DNA of 64,000 bases from Narcine bancroftii (Eukaryota): contig NC_091473.1 of assembly GCF_036971445.1 (NCBI RefSeq), positions 250,790,001 to 250,854,000 on the forward strand, read 5' to 3'. Within the stretch, counting starts at the first letter, position 1. Each line of letters begins with the position of its first letter. Position numbers and translations under genes: made by a program. Under the pieces are notes generated by a model. The model was not told where the DNA came from. It was given only the letters and a program-made list of their open reading frames with translations, and did no database searches. This document shows positions 1-11,975 of the stretch, piece by piece.

Positions 1-1402
1 TAGACAGAGACATTGAAACACAGTAAGAGAATGCCAAGTATGTCAGCCAATGCAGCCAGAAATTCCACAAGCCGAAGCTAACCCATGGAAATGGCCATCC
101 ACACCCTGGCATCGGATTCATGTAGACTTCGCTAGACCATTCACGGGTGAGACTTTTCTAATACCTGTGGACGCACACTCCAAATGGCCAGTAGTTTCAC
201 AGCTGAAAAATACCACGATTGACTATCTATGAGCTATCTTTGCCACTTACGGACTGCCTCATGAATTAGTTACAGTCAATGGGCCTTTTTTTAACATTTT
301 TTCAGAACATTTTTAAAATTTATGCGCGACAACAATATCAGACATATTTTGTCCGCACTCTATCACCCAAGTACTCATGGGAAGGCAGAATGTTTTGTAC
401 AAATATTCAAAAAAGCAGTGAAAACCATGAAACTTCTAAATGCCTCCTGGACACACAAAATTACAGATTTCCTATTGGGATACAGAAACATGGCACAATC
501 TACCGAAAAACGCACCCCAGCAGAACTAATGTTTGGCCGCAACCTGCGGACCAGGCTATCCACAGTTCATCCAGATCTGGTCTCCGGTTGCAAAAAAACC
601 AGTATCGCCACAGACCTCAGCGAGAACATTGGAAGTGGGCGGGAGAGTTCTGGTACAAGATTGTAGACAATATAAAGACCTATGGATGGTAGGAGTAATC
701 TTACAAAAATTGAGCCCCTGCTCATATTCTGTTCTAGTGGGGACAGATTGTGGAAGAGACACAGTGACCAATTACGAGCATTGACTGCCACTCATGGAGA
801 GGTGGAATCAAACATGCCATGGTCTGCCCCAACTATCCCACCCCTCAGACCGAGTTGGGGAGGGGGGGCAGTGATGGTCACCGACCCAAGCAGTCCAGTG
901 AGGAGTCCAGTCATTGAGATATGCAGCCAGTCGGGCAGCAAAGACCGGCAGTCACCGGCAAAGGTCAGTGAAGTTGGGCAGTCACCGCCAACTCGACCAC
1001 CAACCTGACTATCTATGGGTCCTGTGCAAAGACTGGCACACCAAACCACACTGAGGTGTTCCAAAAGAGAAAGAAGACCACCTGAACGTTTTAAGGACTA
1101 TGTGCCCTGATTATTATTAAATACTTTCCCTTTTATAATTATAATTACTCATGAGGTGTATTCTAATTCTCACTTGTAGTCTGGGCTTGATGCAATCTTA
1201 TTAGTTTGAAGGGGCCCAGTCAGCATTTACTGCACGGGGGGGAAGAGTGTTGGGTATAAGCCCACCCTCTGCTGGACATCATGATGTCATCCTTCCATTT
1301 ATATAAAACACCCTGTGTGTCAGTAGCCGTGTTAGTCCTAATAGAAGGAAAGAATGAGAAAGCAGCACGTCTGCGAGTCTTAATTGTATGAGTGCCTACA
1401 CA
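1..1402 (+). mobile_element. 3' part of a decayed Gypsy/Ty3 LTR retrotransposon (integrase, PPT, 3' LTR)
   Basis: Frameshifted integrase motifs PWHRIHVDFA, VDAHSKWP, YHPSTHGKAE, TPAELMFGRNLRT (ORFs 50-232, 322-666). Polypurine tract GGGGGGGAAGAG at 1236-1247, then a TG...CA LTR at about 1248-1402 containing TATATAAAA. Confidence 0.85.
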
Positions 1403-1582
1403 AAAGCTGCACGCTATCAAAACTGAGGGAAATTCCATTTGATGAACTGGACACGCTTATGGGGAAGCCACACAATCCAAAACATTTCTGTGATGGTTCA
1501 ACTGTTTAAGTTTCACAGCCTTTTAAGGAAGCAAGATCAGTTGTGTGGCCAAGCTTTAGCACTTATCGGAGTATTGTGATTT

Positions 1583-2050
1583 CTTATTTTTTTAAATTAT
1601 TTTTATTCAGTTTTATCAGAAAAACAAAAAAAACAGCAGTAAATCAATTGCAATGAAACTTTTGCAGATTGACAAATAATAACATACGGTACAGTAGCAA
1701 TACGACTTACTGCTAAATCCAATAAATGGTAATACATAGAATATTATAAGAGATAAATAATAAAAAAGAAAAAGAAAAAAAATTCAAACCCACATCGATC
1801 ATGATTAAAATTCATATTGTGAGTTTTTAAAAATATTTCATTTATTAAAATCGTGATATCTATATGAAAATATAATTAATGATACAAAAAAAATTGAAAA
1901 AAAACATACATAATTTTTTTTAAAACTAACCCCCTACAATTCCCCAACCGCGCCTAAACCACCCAACCCCACCTCCCACTAACCTTATCCCAAAAATAGA
2001 AAAAAGAAAGAAGAGATTAATCATAAAAACAAATTTGATCAATTAATTGG
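1583..2050 (-). mobile_element. L1-like LINE 3' UTR/tail fragment
   Basis: TTTTTT...TTTATT start (AATAAA plus A-rich tail on minus) followed by the A-rich and C-rich tracts typical of L1 3' UTRs read antisense. Confidence 0.5.
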
Positions 2051-2461
2051 CATGGATTGCAGATGTTGGAATCTGAATCTAAGCAAGCAGCATGAGTGGA
2101 AGAAACCCAATGCTGATATTACAGGCTGAAGGGTTTTGATCCAAAACGTTCACCATTCTTTTTCTCCTACTCATGCTGTTCAATCCACTGAGTTCCTCCA
2201 GTAGATGGGGTTGAGGATTTTCACAAATGATATGGGGCAGATTTGAATTACATCCTGTAATGAAATCGCCAGTTCTTATGGGTATTGGAGCCAAAAGGGT
2301 AAACCTGGATGGTAAGTCCAGTACTTTAGAAATTGCTTTATTGCATTTTACTGTGTTTTCATAATGTCACTTTTTGCTTATCCTGTACAAGGTTCCCAGA
2401 AGCAGCGTGGTCAGGTTTCTCTTCACAACACCACTACTGTGCGGGCAGAGGGTTCAAAAAC

Positions 2462-3032
2462 TCAGACCCATATAATCCAAATAAGGGCTCCAAATTTTAC
2501 GATAAAAAAATAATTATCACGCAAATCATATGTTATCTTCTCCAGCGGAATACAAGACCTCAATTCTGTGTGCCATCTCTGAATACTCAAATCAGTCTCA
2601 TTCTTCCAAGTAATTGCTAAACATTTTCTAGCCACAGCTAATGCCAATCTCAAAAATGTAATTGGAAATCTATTTAATTTTAATTCTAAACTCAACCTCT
2701 TAATATTACCCAACAAAAATATTAAAGGATTTAGTGAAAGTTCCTTAAGTCCATTCCAAAAAGGTTTTACTGTTTCCCATAGCCAAACAGAATGGAAAAA
2801 AGAACCTACTTCCTTGTTTCATCTAAAACATAAGTCTAAAGAAATTTAATTGAATTTCCTTAATTTTTCTGGAGTTAAATATAATTGATGAATAAAATTA
2901 TAATGAACTAATCAATACCTTACATTTATAATTCTAGTCATACTATCCCTACATAAACTCATCCAATCATCCTGAGAAAAAAGTATTCCTAAATCTTCCT
3001 CCCATTTAAATCTAGATTTATATAAATCCAAA
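2462..3032 (-). mobile_element. L1-clade LINE ORF2 C-terminal fragment (left part, split by Gypsy insertion)
   Basis: Minus ORFs contain LALAVARKCLAITWK...WHTELRSCIPLEKITY and DLYKSRFKWEEDLG, typical of the end of fish/shark L1 ORF2. Confidence 0.8.
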
Positions 3033-3228
3033 TGTGATAGTACAGATTCTATCACCAATGTGTATATGTACAGATTATAGTGTAGGATGACTGTGACTGG
3101 CTGAGAGTGTAGCACCACCTACTGGCAGGTCTTAAAGGGTTGCTCCTAGCCAGACCAGGTCATTCTGAACTGGTTGACCTACTTGTGATATGCTCCAGTC
3201 TTTTAGTTAATAAAAGCCTTGGTTTGGA
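3033..3228 (+). repeat. 5' LTR (truncated before U5 end/PBS)
   Basis: Near-identical to the 3' LTR up to AATAAAAGCCTTGGTTTGGA, then diverges abruptly. Confidence 0.88.
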
Positions 3229-3399
3229 CTGCCCCACCGCTGTCTACCCCACCGCTGTCTACCCCACCGCCGACGGCAAGCAGCGACCCCCAACACTTAC
3301 CTTTGGCTGCAGGCAGCAACACCAACTCTCCGACATTGTTTTTTTAGGCCCAACTGTTTGCGTGACGTCATCACGCAGGGCTCCCCTGTCTACATTACA

Positions 3400-6030
3400 A
3401 GTCTCTGCATCAATAGCCCTTGACCAGGACTTCCCCCAACCCCTCACAAAAGCAGTGGAACTGATTAAAATGCATGGTCACTACACCAATTGCTTATTTG
3501 ACTCGGGGTCAACTGACTGTTTTATCCGCCCGGACCTGGCCCACCGTTGCGGGGTGGCTATTCTTCCCACTGCCACTGCAAAGACAATTTCATTGGCGAC
3601 CAGATCGCTCTCGACTGGGGTAAAGGGGTACTGCATGGCGACCCTGAAAGTCCAGGGCATCACGGTCACAGACTTCAAACTATTAGTCCTTCCCCAATTG
3701 TGTGACCCTGCTCTGCTGGGAGTGGATTTTCAGTGCCAGTTTCAAACTATTTCCATGCACTTTGGTGGGTCTCACGCTCCGTTCTCTGTCTGTAACCACT
3801 CCACCCCAGAAACCTCCTGCCAGGGGCAGCCTGAGTCAACTGCCCCCGTGCCCTGGGGCCTCACCTGTAGTCTCTCCACCCTCTGAGTTGCTCCGCCAGC
3901 ACTTTTAGCAAATCTCACCCCTGGCTGGAAGCCTGTGGCCACCAAAAGCCGGCAATATAGTTATGAACACAGGAAATTTATCACGTGAGGTGCGCAGACT
4001 GCTGGATGAGGGCATTATCGAACCTAGCTCGAGCCCATGGAGGGCCCAGGTAGTGGTTGTTAAAAATGGGGAAAAGCCACAGATGGAGGTTGACTACAGT
4101 CAGACAATCAACCGCTTCACGCTCCTGGATGCGTACCCCTTTCCACGGATCACGGATGTGGTGAATCAGATCACCCAATACTGTGTATTTTCCACCATTG
4201 ACTTGTGTTTAGCCTATCGCCAGCTCCCGATCCAGTGAGAAGACCAACCTCTCATGGCCTTCAAAGTGAATGGGCGGCTGTATCAATTCCTCAGGGTACC
4301 CTTTGGGGTCACAAATGGCGTCGCGGTCTTCCGGCGGGAAATGGACAGGATGGTGGACCAGAACAGGCTGACTGCTACTTTCCTGTATCTGGACAATATC
4401 ACCATCTGCGGCCACGACACGGAGGATCATGATGCCAACCTTGAGAAATTTTTTCAGACTGCAACTTGGCTGAACTTGACCTACAATTTCAACAAGTGTG
4501 TCTTCCGGACCATTCGGCTTGCAATTCTGGGTTGTGTGGTGGAGAACGGGGTGGTCATGCTGGACCCTGACCGCATGCATCCCCTCATGGACTTGCCGCC
4601 ACCCCCCCCCACCCCCACACCCAGAAGGCACTCAGACGCTGCCTGGGTTTTTTCTCTTATTATGCCCAATGGGTTCCACACTATGCCGACAAGGCACAGC
4701 CACTCATCAAGACCACCTCCTTCCCCCTGTCAACCAAAGCCAGAGTGGCCTTCGATTGCATCAAATCGGACATCGCTGCTGCAAAGCTGCACGCCATCGA
4801 TAAGTTCATTCCGTTCCAAGTCAAAAGCAATGCGTCTGACTTGACACTGGCAACCACTTTGAACCAGGGCGGCCGGCCGGAAGCCTTCTTCTCCAGAACC
4901 CTCCAGGATCCTGAGAGCCGACATTCCTCTGTCGAGAAGGAGGCCCAGGCCATAGTCGAAGCAGTTCGTCGTTGGAGACACTACCTCAATGGCAGGCGCT
5001 TTACGCTGCTGACTGACCAACACGAGGTCTCCTTCATATTTAGCAATACCCAGCGAGGTAAGATCAAGAATGACAAAATCGCCAGGTGGAGAATCGAGCT
5101 CTCCACCTTTAATTATGACATACTGTATTGGCCTGGTAAACTCAACGACCCGTCAGATGCGCTCTCCAGGGGGACTTGCGCCAACATACAACTGGACAGG
5201 CTGCAGAAACTCCATGAGCAGCTCTGTCATCCAAGGGTCACTAGGTTCGCGCACTTTGTCAAAGTTCACAACCTGCCCTACATGGTCGAGGAGATTCGCT
5301 CCATGACCTGAGACTGCCCGGTGTGCACTGAATGCAAGCCCTACTTCTTCCGTCCAGAGAACACTCACGTCATCAAAGCCACCCGCCCCTTTGAGCGTCT
5401 CAGCGTAGACTTCAAGGGGCCCCTACCATCGACCAACTGTAACACCTACATCTTTACGGCCATTGACAAGTACTCCCGCTTCCCGTTCGCTGTGCCCTGC
5501 TCGGACATGACTTCCTCCTCAGTTATAGAGGCCCTGCACAGCATCTTCGCCATCTTCGGGTACCCTAGTTACATCCACAGTGACAGGGGGTCCTCATTTA
5601 TGAGCGCAGAGCTGTGGCAGTACCTCTGGAGCATGGTATTGCTTCAAGCAGGACAACCAGCTATAGCCCACGCAGTAATGGGAAAGTCAAAAGAGAGCAT
5701 GCCATTGTTTGGAAAGCAGTTGGCCTCCCCACCTCTCGCTGGCAGGATGTGCTCACTAGTGCCCTACACTCCATTTGCTCCCTCCTATGCACCACGACCA
5801 ATACCATCCCCATGAAAGAATGTTCTCTTTCCCGAGGAAATCCGAGTCGGGTACGACCATACCGGCATGGCTCACGGTTCCCAGTCCAGTCCTTTTACGA
5901 CACCACGTCTGGTACTCTAAGAATGACCCCTTGGTTAACCGAGTGACTCTGCTCCACGCAAGCCCGCATTATGCCTACGTTGAGTACCCAGATGGACGGG
6001 AGGACACAGTCTCGGTAAGGGACCTAGCCC
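3400..6030 (+). pseudogene. Gypsy pol pseudogene (protease, RT, RNase H, integrase)
   Basis: CLFDSGST (protease); GIIEPSSSPWRAQVVVV, VPFGVTNG, YLDNI (RT); EKEAQA, LLTDQ (RNase H); HEQLCH..CPVCTEC, SVDFKGPLP, HSDRGSSF (integrase). Several stops and frameshifts. Confidence 0.92.
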
Positions 6031-6313
6031 AAGCTGGATCAGGCATGGCAATGCCTTTAACCCAACCTCCCCCTTCTCCTTCTCCCCCAGATCATGTGCT
6101 TGAACAGAGGGACCAGCACCATCCCACCAGCTCAGGCCAGACTGTCGACAACGCTGTTGGGGAATTGAGCGAAGCAGTGGCCGCACCTGGCAACACGACT
6201 CCGGTGACCCCAATCCCGGTGCCACAGCGATCATGACGGATGGTCAGGCCCCCTGACTGGTACAGCCCCTAATCTCCATCCACCCTGGGGTCGGTTCTCA
6301 AAGAAGGGGTGAA

Positions 6314-6681
6314 TGTGATAGTACAGATTATACCAATGTGTATATGTACATATGTACAGATGGTAGCAACCGCTGCAACCGTGTCTGCCTGTCCCGCATC
6401 GGACTTGTCAGCCACAAACGAGCCTGCAGCTGGCGTGGACATTTACCCCTCCATAAATCTTCGTCTGCGAAGCCAAGCCAAAGAGAAGAGAGTGTAGGAT
6501 TACTGTGATTGGCTGAGAGTGTAACCACACCTACTGGCAGGTCTTAAAGGATTGCTCCTAGCCAGACCAGGTCATTCTGGACTGGTCGACCTACTTGTGA
6601 TATGCTCCAGTCTTTTAGTTAATAAAAGCCTTGGTTTGGATCAACAAGTCTTTGGTTCTTTCGACACGCACTTTCGACACA
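6314..6681 (+). repeat. 3' LTR carrying an RTE insertion
   Basis: Matches the 5' LTR except for an insert of about 127 bp. Follows the PPT and has TG...CA ends. Confidence 0.88.
6365..6491 (+). mobile_element. 5'-truncated RTE-clade LINE 3' end inserted in the LTR
   Basis: Encodes SNRCNRVCLSRIGLVSHKRACS, the C-terminal C2H-type motif of RTE ORF2, then a short 3' UTR ending GAAGCCAAGCCAAAGAGAAGAG. Absent from the 5' LTR. Confidence 0.8.
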
Positions 6682-7050
6682 CCAATTTAGGCATTTTATT
6701 CTATAATAAAGCATACATCTCAGTTATAAATCCCTTCTTACCACCCACAGTATTTAAAATTTCAAACATAGCATCTAGGTAACCATAAAGTATGTCCAAA
6801 ATTATCCAACAGTAAAGCTATAATTTGATAATAAGAGAAAAGAGTATTCGAAGGTGGATCATATTTCTCTTTCATTTTCTGAAAAGAATAAAATATCCTG
6901 CTTCTTAACAATCTTGCACAAATTTAATACCCCTTTGATCCAGTAACTTCAAAAGTTAATTGTTAACTGTGAAGGGGAAGAGTTTATTTTGATACTAAGG
7001 AGTTTTACCTGAAATCTTACCTTGAGTACATATCCAATTTTTCCTTAAAT
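6682..7050 (-). mobile_element. L1-clade ORF2 fragment (right part)
   Basis: Rejoins the 2462-3032 part in frame across the Gypsy TSD (KKGFITEMYALL*NKMPKLDLYKSRFKWEEDL). Confidence 0.75.
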
Positions 7051-7055
7051 GACAA

Positions 7056-7667
7056 AATTGATCCTGCTGCCACTACTTCTCCCGGCATATCCTTTCACAC
7101 GGCCACCACTCTCTGAGTAAAGAGTTTCCCCCTCATGTTACTTCTAAACTTTTTCCCCTTAACACTTAATTCATGACCTCTTGTTTCAATCTCTCCTACT
7201 CTCAAGGGAAAAAGCCTCTCCACATCAACTCTATCTATCCCCCTCATAATCTTAAATACCTCTGTCAAATCCCCTCTCAAACTTCTACACACTAAAGAAT
7301 AAAGACTTTGTAATCTAGAGGCTGAAACCCAGGTACATTTTTGTAAATCTCCTTTGCACTCTCTCTACCTTGTTGATATCCTTCCTATAATTCAGTGACC
7401 AAAACTGCACACAGTATTCCAAATTTGGCCTCACCAATGCCTTGAACAGTTTCAACATCACTTCCCAACTCCTGTATTCTATGCTTCGATTTATAAAGGC
7501 CAGCATACTAAAATCCTTCTTCACCACCCTATCTGCATAAGATTCTACCTTCAGGGAACAATGCACCAATATTCCTAGATCTTTCTGCTGCACTGCATTC
7601 CCCAAAGCCCTCCCATTTACTATGTATGTCCTGTTTTGATTATTCTGACCAAAATGAAGCACTTTAG
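7056..7667 (-). mobile_element. CR1-clade LINE ORF2 3' fragment
   Basis: LVRPNLEYCVQFWS, VERVQRRFT, LRGDLTEVFKIM, FTQRVV motifs. Confidence 0.9.
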
Positions 7668-8731
7668 CAAAAGAGTACGTCACAATTAACACACACAAGG
7701 GGTTATTTAAATTTAATCGCCTGGTGTTTGAAGTGGCATCTAACCCTGCCCACATCCAGCTTTGGCCCTCCACCATCCAGTCTCCTTCCACCATCGGCCA
7801 GCCTCCTGCATCCTCCTTCCAACCCAGCTTCCTCCACCCAGAAGCCCTATATCATTCAATACCCTCCATCCTCTCACCAGCATCAGCCATTCGCATGCAA
7901 TTCTCCTCCATCCCCACCGCCTGCCCCCTTCCAAAATCCCTCCTCCTCCCACCGCCCTCTTCCTGCACCTGTGAACCCCACCTACTTGCCCACTGCCATA
8001 ACCCCCTCGAGAAGGGCATACCTGTTACAGGGTGGTGGCAAGGGTTTGGCAGATGACACCCTCGTTTCCCCTTTCCCCTCCTCTTACATTCAATTTCTGG
8101 AGGAAGAGGATGAGGGATGAGAAAAGTTGGACCTGATCTGCCAGATAATCTGATGCTTATTTCCAAAGTCAGAATATTTACCTTTGTTCATAGTTCTAAT
8201 TGTTGGTGAGCAGTTCAATACTTTAAGTTTCTTTATTCTTGACTTATTCATGTGCACTACGAACTTTGAATTTAAAGTTTCATTTCAATCTGTTCAGTAC
8301 TTTCCTATGTTCATGGATTTACAAGACTGCCAGAGAAGTCAATGTTAACGCCATCAGGTTGGAGAGCGCCCAGTCGTAAGATGAGACCACCAGTATGAAA
8401 AGATCTTGCATTGTGCCATATGCATTTTTGGAATGAAATATATGTCAAATTCTGTGCACAGTATAAGAATTGCCCTCAGCCAGTGAATTTGGAGAAATGA
8501 GAAGTGAGATTGGACTGTGAACCAAATAACTTTTCTAAACTTACATACACATACACATGAAACAAGATCACACTTTAACTTATCACTAATAACTTAACTA
8601 ACCTAACTTAACCCCTTCTAATTCTAAGTGCAAGTGAATGTAAGTTTATAAGTTCAGAAAAGTTAATTGATTACACAGTCCAATCTCACTTCTCACTCCT
8701 TCAATTTCACTGTTTGCAGGCAATTCTTATA

Positions 8732-9037
8732 CATTGTGAAGGACTCCCCACACCCCTCACATAAACTGTTCTCCCTTCTGCCATCTGGTAGGAGGTACCG
8801 AGGCACTCGGGGCCTTTACATCCAGATTGGGCAACAGTTTTTTTCCCCCAAGCCATCAGATTCCTGAATTCCTAGAACATATGTGCATAGAGTACCTTGA
8901 TACCAGGGACTCTTACAGCGTTTAATATTTTAACATTTTAACATATATATGTAAATATGCTCCATCGCCATGAAGAAATGCTATATCATCCTTTCCATGG
9001 TATGAATGATAAATAAAGTGACTTGACTTGACTTGAC
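8732..9037 (+). mobile_element. Rex1/Babar LINE 3' end
   Basis: HPSHKLFSLLPSGRRYR motif, then AATAAA and a (GACTT)n tail. Confidence 0.8.
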
Positions 9038-9619
9038 GTCTCTTGACATCGAGGATATTTTTGCCTCCACTCTTGTTTTGTGCTTTGACCATACATTGAT
9101 CCCCAGACTCATACACAAATTGGATTGGGAGTGCCTGATGGCCAAAGCAGGTTGGTTGCTTGTGAGCTAGTGCTCACTTCCCCAAGATATCTCTGTTCTC
9201 ATGTCAAGGACACTCAGGTGGGATATTGGCATTTTTCAAGTAGAATTTGAGAATGCCCTGACACTTTCTCTTGAAGTCTCCACACCCCATCACAAAGAGG
9301 GGTGGCTGCTTCGGGAGTACATTGGGAATGTGAAGACTATTGTCTGCTCAACAAAGCTGTGAGTATGCTAGTGCTTTGATACTTAGAACACTGGTCTAGG
9401 AGAGGATACTTATCCTGCCAGTGAATTCAGAAATCTTCTCAGCATCCGTGCTTGACATATAATTCCAGAACCTTGAGAGTATCTGCTGTCGGTGGCCATC
9501 AATCTCCAGTGCCATAATCATCAAGAAAAATAATTTTAAATTAGCCATTAACTTTAAAGTTGCCATGAATAAATACCATTTGAATCATGGCTGAGGTGTT
9601 AAAAGGACAGCTTACGTCT

Positions 9620-10215
9620 AAAGTAAAAGCAAAGTGCTGGAATAACTCAGTAGGTTAAACAGTGAACTTTATGTAGCAAAGATAAAAGTACATAAACAAC
9701 ATTTTGTGTCTGAGCCCTTCATCAACGAATGGACAAAATGTCGGCAGGCGCCTGAACAAAATGGTGGGAGGCAAGGGGAAGAGCACGGTCCCGAAGGTAG
9801 GAGGTAATAGGTGGATAAGGGAGGGAGGGTAAACTAGCAAGTAGGGGGAGGGGGGTGGCTCTATGAATGGAAAGGGCAGGGGATGGAGAGCTGAAGGAAA
9901 GGATACAGAGGAATAGGGGTTAATGGGGAGTGGTCTAGCAGAAAATGGAGAACTCGTTGTTATTGCCTTGTGGTTGGAGAGCGCTCAGACAGAAAATTAG
10001 GAGTAGTTCCTCCAATATGCAGGTGGCCTTAATTTGGCAGTACAGGAGGCCATGGACAGACATGTTGGCCCGGGAGTAGAGCCCAGAATTGATATGGTTG
10101 GCCACTGGGAGATTCACGTCGTTAATGCTGACAGAGCAAAGGTGCTCAGCAAAGCGAGTTCCCAATTTGCGCCCATTGTCTCCGATGTAGAGAAGGCCAC
10201 AACTGGAGCACCAGA
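9620..10215 (-). mobile_element. Penelope-like element fragment (GIY-YIG end and 3' region)
   Basis: Minus ORF 9935-10165 contains RFAEHL...LPVANH...LEE.LIFCL..LQPQG.N.EFS. Confidence 0.8.
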
Positions 10216-10356
10216 TTATCCACCTATTACCTCCTGTATATGGGCCAATGGTCCTCTGAATGACCCCTCACCCCCCACACAATTTATTCAAGTACCTGCC
10301 TAAATTTTGCCCATTCCTTGATGAAGGGGCTCAAGCCCCAAACGTTGGATATGAAT

Positions 10357-11245
10357 CTGTGCGGAAGAGGAGGTCAGGAAGCTCCAGTGTGATTTGGATA
10401 AATTGAGGGACTGGGCAGATACATGGCAAATGCACTACAATGTGGATAAATGTGAGGTTATCCACTTTGGTAATACAAACCAGAGGGCAGATTACTATTT
10501 GAATGGCAATAGATTAAGAGATGGGGAAGTGCAGAGAGACCTAGGGGTACTTGTACATCAGTCTCTGAAGGCGAGCATGCAGGTACAGCAGGCGGTTAAA
10601 AAGGCAAAGGGTATGTTGGCCTTCATATCAAGGTTTGAGTCTAGGAACAAGCAGCTGTACAGGGCCTTGGTGAGATCCCTCCTGGAGTATTGTGTGCAGT
10701 TTTGGTCACCTTATCTAAGGAAGGATGTTCTTGCAATGGAGGGAGTGCAGAGCAATTCACCAGGCTGATACCTGGAATGGCAGGAATGACTTATGAGGAA
10801 AGATTGCGCAAATTGGGATTGTACTCGCTGGAGTTTAGAAGATTGAGAGGGGATCTCATAGAGACATATAAAATTCTGGCAAGACTGGACAGAATGGATG
10901 TAGATGGGATGTTTCAAATGATGGGAAAATCCAGAACCCGGGGCCATGGTTTGAGGATAATAGGCAAACCATTTAAGACCGAGATGAGGAGGAATTTCTT
11001 GGCCCAGAGGGTGGTGAATCTGTGGAATTCATTGCCACAGAGGGCAGTAGAGGCAGGTTCATTAAATCTATTTAAGAGGGAATTAGATCTATTTCTTCAG
11101 TATAAGGGTATTAAAGGTTACGGAGAGAAGGCGGAGACGGGGTACTGAACTTTAAGATCAGCCATGATCTCATTGAATGGCGGAGCAGGCTCGAAGGGTC
11201 GAATGACCTACTCCTGCTCCTATCTTCTATGTTTTTATGTTTCTA
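10357..11245 (+). mobile_element. CR1 LINE, 5'-truncated
   Basis: WQMHYNVDKCEVIHFG, RDLGVLV, EYCVQFWSPY, RRLRGDLIETYKI; ends in a (TTCTATGT)-like tail. Confidence 0.92.
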
Positions 11246-11744
11246 TATAACGTGTGCTGTTTGATCGCCTGAGTTTCTCCAGCATTGTGTGATTACTTCA
11301 ATCACTACATTTGCAGATTTTTGTGTTTTACTCCAACTTACATATAAAGCATCTTTAACAGAGTAACAAATCTCAAGCCCCTGCAAAGAAGAATTTTTAA
11401 ATACAATCTTGTTCTACAACACAAAAGGAGATACTAAGTCAGGGGATGCACTGCAAATGATAAATGAGCAAAATAACTTTTCCCCCATTCTTACAATCAG
11501 CCTTAGTTCAAGGGAAATCTTGCAAGTAATAGACTATTTAAGTTCATTTGAAAGTTTGGTTCCAGTGTGACCGAAACTGGGTTTATAAATGAATAGATAA
11601 TAACAGGCACTTCCTTTTAAAGGAACCCTAACCTCCAGCAAAGTGATTGGGGACGAAAGAAGATCTAATTAGTATTGGAGCGAAAGCCTTATCATGGTAT
11701 CCACAGGAGTTCCAGGTCCCTGGTGCATAGACCAGGAAGCTTTG

Positions 11745-11975
11745 GACATACAGCACGGTAACAGGCCCTTTCAGCCCACGAGCCCAGTTACACCCCATTA
11801 ACCTACAACCCCAGATACGTTTTGAAGGGTGGGAGGAAACCGGAGCCCCTGGGGAAAACCCACACAGATGTAGGGAGAATGTGCAAACTCCTTACAGACT
11901 GCGCAGGATTTGTACCCCAGTCCCGATCACCAGCGCTGTAACAACGTAGCGCTAACTGCTATGATAAGCATGTTA
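11745..11975 (-). mobile_element. V-SINE (HE1-like, tRNA-derived)
   Basis: Reverse complement of the V-domain core GTAAGGAGTTTGCACATTCTCCC, with a tRNA-like head and CR1-like tail. Confidence 0.8.

Larger units (their letters stand above)
3033..6681 (+). mobile_element. Gypsy/Ty3 LTR retrotransposon, internally deleted and decayed
   Basis: Both LTRs start TGTGATAGTACAGATT (3033, 6314) and the 3' LTR ends CACA at 6681. Flanks CCAAA/CCAAT are TSD-like. PPT AAAGAAGGGGTGAA precedes 6314. Domain order is PR-RT-RH-IN. Confidence 0.93.

Noticed and set aside
2226-2465. Two exon-like pieces (donor 2311, acceptor 2391) giving an SH3-like GWFP
   Set aside because: No other SH3 residues, no clear upstream acceptor or downstream donor, and the region is wedged between repeats.
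7700-8120. Pro/Ser-rich overlapping ORFs
   Set aside because: Pyrimidine-rich low-complexity sequence with no splice or domain support.
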